A stretch of 64,000 nt of DNA from Lobosporangium transversale (taxonomy: Eukaryota), in NCBI RefSeq assembly GCF_002105155.1, contig NW_019029018.1, forward strand, positions 248,001 to 312,000. Direction: 5' to 3'. The notes under the pieces were generated by a model. That model saw nothing but the letters and a program-made list of their open reading frames with translations. It was not told where the DNA came from and made no database searches. Below are positions 49,430-59,671 of this stretch, one piece after another (the stretch's first letter is position 1; each line of letters begins with the position of its first letter). The position numbers and the translations under genes are program-made.

Positions 49430-50930
49430 TTGTTTGAGCAGAGAGGGGCATCGTACGTTGCGCATCACGATTGACTCTGAAAAGGAGGAGAGTTATTCAT
49501 CAGTATGATCTTTTGGGCAGATTTCCAAGCACATAAGGTACAAGTAGAGCGTTTTCCTCTCCATTCTACGATGTGAGGGGCGTTGGGGAAGCGGATCTCA
49601 GGAAGCCTGTAGTTCTTGGTAACCTTTGGTCGTTTTTTGTAGCTACCGAGCGTTGGGGCCTGTCCGCGTGATGAGCAGACTTAGCCAGTTAACGAACGAG
49701 CTGATCACAAAATTCCCTATTTGAGAGAGTAGATCCAGATTTTTGGTTAATAATATGGGGGTTGATTATTGAGGTGTCTAATAGTCAGTAAAAGATTGAA
49801 ATCCAGGTTCACCTAGAGGTTTGCTGGGTACTTTAATATAATTTCAATTGATCGGCAATATCAACGCCCCCCATGTTGAAGTTGTAGTCATTGATAACTT
49901 TGGGGATCCTCAAAGCATTTCTGGAGGAAGAGCCAAAGACCCTTTGTACTTTCGCTCCATGGGTACTCGTTATTCAAGGCCGGCGTCTTAATCTCGAAAC
50001 CCCCCATTCCCCTCCAACCATCTCATGAATTGTGGTTAGCAACTTAACAGGTCCATTGTCGTGCCAGTAGACAGCCAAAACACCGCCTTGCACAACCTCG
50101 GAGCATGTATCTCAGTCTAATTTTATATTCCTATTCATTTGGAGCTCTTTTAGAGTCCTTGCTATGTTTCCAGCTGTTCCACCAATCTCTTGATCTCTGA
50201 AACGACACTTGTGAAAAAGTCATCTTTAAAGATATTGTACGCATGTCTACGATGAGGAGTTGCTGCACAAAGTGATTAACATAACTACTTGTTTCGGTGC
50301 TATTTAATTTGTGGGCAATACAAGGAATATTGCGCGATGTGGGCAAAAAGGCGTAAGCGTATCCACGATCGCAAAGGGAGAGAATTTTGTAGCCTTCTGG
50401 GATAGGCTTGATTTTGATACGACATGTATCAGAACTTCGACCTGAAAACCAGACCATCATCTCATCAACAAAGACGTTTGTTCCAGGCACATAAAGCTTC
50501 TTCGATGTAGCTTTGCATGTGTGAGTAAAGGCTCCAGTTTATCGGTGAGAGCCGGGTCACTTTGTTCGGATCAGAAATATGGAGGTACCATTTTATCTGC
50601 TCGCAACGAGTGAGCGGTATGTAATGTGAGATCTCATGAACTGGTTCGAATATGTCATGACTCTAACATTGCCTGAGAGACACCACTTTGTAGAGGCCAA
50701 TGTACATTGTGATGGAAATCCAGGTCAAAAGTTCCCCTCGATCAATATCCGTCCAAGGACGGGCAGTGATCCCTGCTTTCTTAATTAAAGCATGGCGATT
50801 AGTGTATAATACAATTTTATCTAGCTTTGTATCGTTAAAAAAAAGGCGAAAGAGGTTGATGGGTGGTGAATTGTGCGCTAATTCGACTGTTCTCTGGCTT
50901 GTTTGTTCTTTTGAGTGGCTCAGATAGTGG
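49430..50930 (-). mobile_element. Degraded piggyBac-like transposase
   Basis: VFVDEMMVWFSGRS...KPIPEGYKILSLCD (50131-50490), YNFNMGGVDIADQ (~49850-49890) and a Cys-rich C-terminal remnant (~49440-49545). Many disablements; TIRs not identified. Confidence 0.85.
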
Positions 50931-51784
50931 TGGGGATGGCCAAGTGACTTAAGCTTGCGACTTTCTGCGTCTTCTCTTTCCTACTGTCGCCGTTGGCCTC
51001 ACTTCTTCCAAATATTAGGGTTCTATTCCACTGCCAATCCTGAATAGAATGACACTATTAGTGGTATGGAGTTTGACGGACTGGAACAAGTCTGGCGCCG
51101 TCATGAGGCGAGATTTGTATAACAAGCGAATGTGAGGTTTCGTGTGGGGTATTCACTCAATTTGCCAACCTAAACTTTTTTTTTACCAACTGTTACACTA
51201 TAATGAACCATCAGAATTTACGCGTGGCGAAGCCGTAATGTGCAGACGCGTTCACATACCCCTTTTTAATATGTGCTGAACCTACCCTATCACGATAGAA
51301 TCACGGTAGGTTCATCAAGGTGTCAATCCCTTTGTACTTGGTCTATTATGAGTAAGGGTCACAGGCCTTAGAGATGTCATTGGTCTTGCAGCTCGTACAT
51401 GCACAGCTTCAGTACTACATTTACCTCAACAAGAGTCAGCTTGCTTCAGTCCAGAACATGCTCTTTCCTTAGTCCATGATTGTCCAGAGTACCCTACAGC
51501 TTCCAACATCCTATTCACCTAAGGGCACCTGCAAGGGCTTATTCCTTCTTAAGTTGATATTAACATTGAGTATCACCACCATCTTCAAAGTAGAGTAATA
51601 TTAGTTTTATTTCATAGATAATAGCAACATAACTACTGAAGCAACACTACTCTGCTTGCTTGCGCTAATTAGAAAAAGAAGAAGAAAGACGATCTTTAGA
51701 ACCATTTGTACTTCGATATTAGGTGACATGGTAAACAGAATAAAAGGAATAGAAGTAATAAGAATAACAAAGAAACAATCGCAA

Positions 51785-52035
51785 TGGGCTCTGGCTCAGA
51801 ATGGATTTTCTCATCATCCCCAGTCTTATGTCATTTGGTCGCGAGTATGTTTTTTCCCGATAATTGTGTAGCTGCAAGCGGTATTTGCCAAAGTTACATG
51901 AGGCTACAATATATACTGGGTTTGAGCTAGCAATTATATGCGGCTAAAACATATTCGTGGCAAATGGCGAGGCTTATGGTCAGAGCGACGGTAACTGTGG
52001 GTTACACGTCTATGTATTCATCATTTTAGAGCCCA
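51785..52035 (-). ncRNA. Candidate long box C/D RNA, unit 1
   Basis: C ATGATGA (52024-52018), D' CTGA (51983-51980), C' ATGATGA (51817-51811), D CTGA (51799-51796); perfect 8-bp terminal stem TGGGCTCT/AGAGCCCA. Confidence 0.65.
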
Positions 52036-52049
52036 ACGCTAGACCTAAA

Positions 52050-53196
52050 GAATAAAAAAGTTAAAGGGGAATTAAAGAATAAAGAAAAAAGAAAAAATTA
52101 AAGAAAAAAGGGAAAAGGAAAAGAAAAAAATAAAGAAAAAAATAAAAGAACAAAATAAAAGAACAAAATAAAGAAAAAAATAAAAAATAAAAAAATAAAG
52201 AAAAAAGAAAAGAAAAAAGAAAAAAGAAAAAAGAAAAGAAAAAAGAAAAGAAAAAAGAAGAAAAAATAAAATAAAAAGAACCAGGTGGGCCCTTGCTCAG
52301 AATGCGTTTTCTCATCATTCCAGACCTACACCATTTGGTCGCGCGTGTGTTTTTCCCCGATAAATGCGTAGCTGCAAGCGGTATTTGCCAAAGCTATATG
52401 AGGCTACAATATATACTGGGTTTGAGCTAGCAATTATATGCGGCTAAAACATATTCGCGGCAAATGGTGAGGCTTATGGTCAGAGTGGCGGTAACTGCGG
52501 GTTATCCGTCTGTGTATTCATCATATTAGACCCCAACGCTAGTCCTAAAAATAAAAGGTTAAAGGAGAGTTGAAAAATAAAAAATAAAAAAATAAAAGGA
52601 CAAAAAAAAAAATAAAAGAACAAAAAAAAAATAAAAAAAAATAAAAGAACAAAATAAAAGAACAAAATAAAGAAAAAATAAAAGAACAAAATAAAGAAAA
52701 AATAAAAGAACAAAATAAAGAAAAAATAAAAGAACAAAATAAAGAAAAAATAAAAGAACAAAATAAAAGAACAAAATAAAGAAAAAAATAAAAAATAAAA
52801 AATAAAAAAATAAAGAAAAAAGAAAAAAGAAAAAAGAAAAAAGAAAAAAGAAAAAAAATAAAAAAAATAAAGAAAAAAGAATAAAATAAAAAAAATAAAA
52901 TAAAGAAAAAAGAAAAAAGAAAAAAGAAAAAAGAAAAAAGAAAAAAATAAAAAAAATAAAGAAAAAAGAATAAAATAAAAAAAATAAAGAAAAAAGAATA
53001 AAATAAAAAAAATAAAATAAAGAAAAAAGAAAAAAGAAAAAAGAAAAAAGAAAAAAATAAAAAAAATAAAGAAAAAAGAATAAAATAAAAAAAATAAAGA
53101 AAAAAGAATAAAATAAAAAAAATAAAATAAAGAAAAAATAAAAAATAAAAAATAAAAACAATAAAAGAAAGGAAAAAAATAATAAAAATAAAAAAA
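52050..53196. repeat. A-rich low-complexity spacers (52050-52280 and 52570-53196) between the C/D units
   Basis: Strand-asymmetric AAATAAAGAAAA-type expansions; source of the spurious Phe-rich ORFs. Confidence 0.9.
52286..52535 (-). ncRNA. Candidate long box C/D RNA, unit 2
   Basis: C 52524-52518, D' 52483-52480, C' 52318-52312, D 52300-52297; terminal stem GGGUCU/GGGCCC with G-U pairs. Confidence 0.65.
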
Positions 53197-53448
53197 GAAC
53201 CCTTGCTCAGAATGCGTTTTCTCATCATTCCAGTCCTATGCCATTTGGCCACAAATATGTTTTTCCCCGATAAATGCGTAGCTGCAAGCGGTATTTGCCA
53301 AAGTTACATGAGGCTACAATATATACTGGGTTTGAGCTAGCAGTTATATGCGGCTAAAACATATTCGTGGCAAATGGTGAAGGTGCTGGTCAGAATAAGA
53401 GAGGAGTAAGTATCCAACCCTTTTTGCATTCATCATGTTATATAACTC
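53197..53448 (-). ncRNA. Candidate long box C/D RNA, unit 3 (divergent C-D' segment)
   Basis: C 53436-53430, D' 53393-53390, C' 53228-53222, D 53210-53207; CCAG/CTGG stem closes D'/C'; terminal stem weak. Confidence 0.6.
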
Positions 53449-54125
53449 TACAGAATCCACCGACAGAGTTCTGACGGGCACAAAGCGTATAAGGAGTAGA
53501 GGCTGTCGTAAAATCAGCGCTGTTGAAGTGAACACAGAATGCAAGTGAGAAAAGTTGATGAACCGGTAGCAAAGATTGAACCAAAGGTCGTCAGTGCCAG
53601 AGGGATTCGAAAAGTGCAATTTCTGATACACACAAGCAACAAGAGCCAAGAGACCAAATAAAGAGTTTTTTGTTTTTTCTATAATTTAGCATAGCTACAA
53701 GCCAGTGGCACAAAAGAAAGTAAACCACAATATTGTATCGCATACTCCACATTTTGATGCAGCTAGATGAACTTAGAGCTTAAAAAGCCTTGCCATCAAC
53801 TAACGAAAGTCAAGCCCGCAGGCTCTCGTCAGAGCAAGCAACGGGTCTCGGCCCCATCAGGTCAACGTGGGACAAGTTCTCATGGAATCACCCGTGGAAA
53901 AAGCCCTGGCTTACAAAGATATGTCAAGAAAACCCACTTTTGCGACGCCAACCAGGAACTCTTTTACATCTGGAAGTAGTGAAAAGATGGCTAGCAAGCA
54001 ATCAAAAGGAAATATGGATGGTCACAGCGTAGCATCCCAACCCAGCCGGGTATTATAGACGCAAGATGGGGTGAAGGCCGCGAACAAGGATGGGCGGATT
54101 CTGAGAGGAGCGAATAAAAATAACA

Positions 54126-54158
<33 letters not shown>

Positions 54159-56297
54159 TCAAAAAAACTTCAATAACACTTTTCTTTTCGACTTAGCTTT
54201 GGGCCTTGGATTGGGTTGGATCCTGTTCCTGTGGATGGGAAAAGGTGGAGTGCGTCGAGAGAAAAAGAAAGAAGAAAAGAGAGGAAGGAGAAAAAGGAAA
54301 AAAAAAAAGCTTTTTATGCACCTTTTTTTGGTGGCGAAACAAGGTCATAAGTCATGTGAAATTCTTTGAACGCAAATATTCGCGTCATCTTTACTTTTAT
54401 TTTTTTAAGCTCTTTTCAAAAAAGAAAGTCCTAGTACTCCTTTCTTACCTTACTCAGCTCATCACTAAACCACAATCAACAATAGCTTGCCTAGCCAATA
54501 AGATCTGGAACGCGATCTTCCATCCGTCACTTTATCGCACAATCGAGTTGTATAGTATTTATTGTATTTATTCAAATTCGGTATATTGTTTTTAATCCTT
54601 TAGTGCGAAGCAAAGTTAGGAGTATGCTGTTCCTTCATTGCGCGAAATGCCAGGGTCAGGAGCGGGAGCAGGGCTAGGACCTCTGAACATACATGCACTT
54701 ATTCGTGAAACAACCCAACACGCCCAGCCCTTTTAAATATGTTTCTATTATGAAGGGGCTTCAACTGTGTTAAAGCCAAGGGAAGGGCTACTTAGCAATG
54801 GTTCTAATGGAACTATCTCGGTTCAGGTAGCCATACGCCTTTATGGCCACAACAAATCGGATGTCTCATTTCTTCGTAACAAAAGAGGGAAACCTGGCTC
54901 TGTTGACTGTCGTCACTAGCATGGCTAGTCGTCAAAGCATGTTTGCAGAGGTGGGCCTCCTCCTAAACCCCTTGTGCCACCACCAGCAATTTTATACAGA
55001 AATCAGTAGGCAGCAGCAAAGTACTGATTTAAGTCCGACATCATCTCTATCCCCAGAGTCAACAAGCGGGGCTAGGCAAATGAAACCTCAGCAAGAGTCG
55101 GTAGTCGGTGTAACATTGAAGCATTCGGAACATCCTTGTATCTGACTGGGGAGCAGGCTCGGGAGCTGATCTATATTTGATGATGCTTTGAAGGCTGTGC
55201 GTGGGTCGATAATTCTCCTTGTCTAGATTTGATACGAAGCAAGGCAACACTCTATCAAGCTTCCACATACATATAACTATGTAAGTTTAAACAATTCTTT
55301 ATGTTGCGAGTAAGCTATTTTATTTTATTTTTTACTAAAAAAAAAAAGAAAAATGAAAAGACTAAAACCTAGCAAAGACAATTAGGCTATGGATAAAGTT
55401 GACAAAGGCAACGGAAGGAAACACTCACCAACAATATAAGTGTAGCCTTTTTTTTTTTTTAATAAAAAAAAAAAGCCTGGAAATTGACCTTTCAAAAAAA
55501 CTTCAAAGGTGATTGTAGATTAACATGGGCCCCTTCAACAGTGACAGCGTGTTGCTTTCTTTATTTAAAATTAGTGTCTAGCAGCAACTTATAGTGTCTT
55601 CATTCCAACTAGAACATTTCATAGTCGAATGAATGATACGACTCCTCCCTTTCTCCCTCTATCCACATCTACCAGACGCTGATTACCCAGCGCTGTTTAA
55701 GTGCTCACTATGTTGGCGTCCAATAGCGACTACCTGTATGAATGCCCAGAAATACTTATTAGCACTTTTTATTTTGTTTTATATACAATCCATACAGTTT
55801 AATACTTTTTATATGTAGCCTCCCATCTCGCATCCATGAAAAGCAAATCGCAGCTTCGAGCCCTTCGAACACCGGCTTGAGGGGAGAGGTGAGGGAGCCT
55901 CCACAGAGGTATATTAATGGCTGTATTGCATCACCACCATTGCTTGTAAATGTTATCTCATATTGGCATCAAGGGATGGCGAACTTAAAAGGCCAAAAGA
56001 GAGCTTCAACAAGCACATGGATAGCGTCCACTTGGATTTGCATGAGAGGGTAGAGAAGGCTTCCAGGATTCATTCTGTTATAGTAGCAGGTCTAGTTTAT
56101 GCATTACCAAATAAAACAAAAAAATGCTTCAAGGCGGATTAGGAATGAAATGTCTTCTTCAATACACAACACTTCATTTGGATATCTGACATTAACTGAA
56201 ATAATAGCGCTACCCTTGTGACATTTATAAGAATAAAGAACGAATGCTTTTCGAATATATTTTTACAGTAAAGCGCTTACCCTGAGCTAGTCGCAGG

Positions 56298-59200
56298 CCT
56301 AAAAAGAGTCTTTCACCATATCAAGACATATCATACCACACCATGCCAAAAGAAATATCCGTATACGAAAAAGAAACTCCCACTTTTTTGAGAAGCATAT
56401 TGACAGGAGTAAAATGAGTCGGTTGTGAAGATTACTTTGGCATTTTGAGTAAATAGAACACAGGGTCACTTCAAGCGGCTATTGTCTATAGCAGTGCGAG
56501 TTCCGAACGCAAGGTAGAACACTTTAGAACTCTTTATGCTTTTATTCCAGCGTAATAGCTCTTACGTATGCATTTGATAAGGGTCAAGTAATAATGCGAA
56601 ACAGGTTAAAAAGAAAATAAAAAAATAAAAAAGCGATCGTATTAGCTTTCAAGCACTAGAGAGGCTATGCTTAAAAGAAAATAATAGTAATAATAATAGT
56701 AAACTCACCAAGTTTTTTTGTAATCTCCAATGGAGAAAGTCTGATTACTTCTTGTTTGGCGACTGTTCGGTGCTTACTGGTTCTCCAAGTCTGTCCTGAT
56801 TTAACCGTGTTAGCAGATTTGGTTAGCATCCCTTGAACAGCTGCCGTCCAGAGAGGCTACTTAGAATGGACAGGATTCACTATGCACCAAATAGACTCAC
56901 ATGGTACAGACGATACCTTAGAGTATATAAGATATCGTCTATTCAGATATAAAGACCTCTCTTTGTCCTATTGAACTTCAGCTCCATAATACATAGTAAG
57001 TTATATTAATTAGGATAAAACATTGCAAGCACATAGAGTAAATGTCATTTTATATTAAAGCGTGGGGGTGTAATGGTTCAACAACCTTTGGCAAAATCGA
57101 CAGTGAGACACATAGTAAAAAAGGTGAATTCCGATATGATTTTGACTTCAATTTTTGGAGAATCCAATAAGCAATCAACCTAAGATGGTCACAAATTGCA
57201 ATACGCGTTTGTCCTCACGTGAGCTTCAACCTCGGACCGGTGAACTGGTGGCGAGACTGAAACAATTTATTATCATGGTGATATAAAACGTCATCCTTGC
57301 TTCGCGCATACAACTTTTTATTTTCTTTCCTCTATCACAACTTCAAAACTTTGAACCATCCTGCTACTACAATTAAATCCTTTAATATTCCTATCTAATA
57401 TCCCTATTCTCTGCTCTCTGTCCATTTTCCTTTGTTTTAACAAGTTTCGAGATCACAATGGGAAACAGCGAAACATCATCACTACTTCCAAATACTCAAA
57501 ATAAACCGTATGGAAAGAAAGAAGAAAGAAAAGGAGAAGCGAACGAAGGGTCTTCAAGCACTAATGAGCCCAAAATCCCCAAGCCAACCAAGCATGAGCC
57601 CAAAATCCCCGAGCCAGCCAAGCCAACAATACATTGCATTGCTGAGAGGAAAGCAAGATCTTTTGCCGTAAATATCTCTCCCGGTTGTTCAGATAAGTTG
57701 GACGTGATGACCAGCCGAACGGCATCTGTTATTGGCAAGCAGGCGCCGCAAGGTATGTATTTAGCTCTTGGTGAACTGATGATTATGTTTTCAACTGATG
57801 AAACTTATTCCTGTCCCAACACGGTCATGTGGTATCTCCTCTCTTTTTTATGTTGTTGAGATGTATCTCGGCTTAACTATTTAACTGGGGCGACTTTGGA
57901 CTTCTTCTCTATAAAAGAATTTAAAAAGTCTTCCCCATGGCCGTACACATCTTCAGACTCCCACTGCTATTTTTTTCGTCCTTTCACAGCGTTGTTTTTC
58001 TTTTTTTTTTTTTTTTTTTTGTTCGTGGTTCGGGTTCATTTACATCGATCAGCTGTAGGTGCTGGTTTGATCAAATGATTATTAGAATTTTCAATTCGCG
58101 AATTGCACTCTCGACGGACTGGTTGTTGATATTTTCAGTTGATGAAGCATGTGGCAACATGATCATTGGATAGTGTATTACATCGTCATAGCTTTTATCA
58201 AAGCCCCATATCTAACTATCCTCTTGTTTATTATTCTATGGATATTAAACAGCCCCGAGATGCCCAAAAAGGGACCTAGAAGACGTAGGAGACGAGAGTT
58301 CAAGAGGTGAGTTGATCAGTCCGACTATATCTATGGTTTTGATAATTCTTGAGGATGCTCGTTTATTACATACTCACGCCATCCCACTATTCTTATATAC
58401 TCAAAGAGCGCTATTCGAAACGCCGTCGCCCCTCGATACCCAAAGGACCGTTGTATACTTTAGCCAATGGGGAGACAGTATATTTGCCCAAGCTCATGAC
58501 AGACATGCTCAATAGTACCTGGTGCCAGCCGAAAAGTCGCTTGAGCTTCTCATCACTGAAGAATGTTAGGGTTGGCGATCAAGTTGAGACAGAAAGACTT
58601 GGTCAACGCCCAATAGGCTTTGGAACAGGTATTCAAGGCCTCCTTGTTACCGAACAGATGATGGAATTATGGGAAGAGATGAAGAAAGAGACTGGTTTGG
58701 GGTTTGCAAAATGTTTGACTGGGCCCAAAGGGGTCGGGAAGTCCTATATAACATGGTTTCTTGCCGCTAAGGCATATGCTCACGGCTGGCCAGTTCTTTA
58801 CATCGCTGACGCAAATACCCTTGCTGATTGTCAGGAGAATGTGCGGGCATCAAGAGTGATTTGTCAACGCTTCCTAGATCTCAATAAGGATATCTTGACT
58901 GCAAAAGAGCTCTCCACCATGGCAAATTGTGGGAGTGTGGAAGCTATTGCCGAGTACATATTAGGAGACTTACTCCAACAACAAGGGAAAAAGACTCTCT
59001 TCATTGTCGATGAGCATGGTGCTTTGTTTCCCGACAACGTACCTTCAGCAACAAGTAGGCTTCCTGTCCTGCGTTCTCTGGGTTGCTTCAGCACTTGGAC
59101 GAGTGGTGTAAATAGTGGAGTGTGTGTTGTGTTCACGAGCACTGCAAAGTTTGAAAGGTCCGTCCTCAGGAATCCAGATTATGTCGTTGATGTCGGGCCT

Positions 59201-59573
59201 TTGTCGCAAGACACGTTCGAAAAACTGTTTAAAATTGCCATTGCTCGTTTCACTTTGACAACCCAAAGGACTCTCGACAGTCGTAAGGACGCTGTTATTA
59301 AGGTCACCAACCGAGTACCAGGTGATTTGACCAGCTTGGATCAGTTAATACAAGGACGACATCTCATAGTGGAGCAGATCGACCGCGGTTTAGAAGTATA
59401 CGACAAAGAACACTACGATCTGTATTCCAAAAACGCAGGGGATTACTTCAACAAGCTCGAAGGACTCGTGAGGGAGCAAACTATTGAAGCGCTGATAAAA
59501 GTGCTCTTACCTGGGCTCCAGGGCCCACAACAAGGAATTTTTGAATGGGAATTCCTTGATTTAGGGTTAGTTT
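56298..59573 (+). repeat. Direct segmental duplicate of 27318-30337 (undeleted copy)
   Basis: Direct sequence comparison. Confidence 0.97.
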
Positions 59574-59671
59574 ATCGATGGAGTGCTCAGGGCATGGCGC
59601 CTGAATATCGCCCCATTAACCAAGCTGCACGAAGGGCGATAGTGGATTTATACAAAACCCATAGCCACTAA
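57458..59671 (+). CDS. Crinkler (CRN)-like protein with P-loop NTPase domain, about 537 aa, 3 exons, possibly C-terminally truncated
   Basis: join(57458-57752,58253-58306,58407-59671) in frame. Degenerate CRN-like header TIHCIAERKARSFAVNISP, linker PKRDLED, NLS-like KRRRP, Walker A GPKGVGKS, Walker B LFIVDE. Confidence 0.8.

Noticed and set aside
52061..53252. Phe-rich ORFs of up to 235 aa
   Set aside because: Translation artefacts of the A/T low-complexity spacers.
53405..53414. ATACTTAC on the minus strand equals the U1 snRNA 5' end (GTAAGTAT donor-like on the plus strand)
   Set aside because: Only 8 nt, no U1 stem-loops or Sm site, and not shared exactly by units 1 and 2.
51785..53448. 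CRISPR or prokaryotic guide-array interpretation of the repeat-spacer layout
   Set aside because: Units are ~250 nt, spacers are low complexity, the context is eukaryotic and no cas-like or Nop-domain gene is visible.
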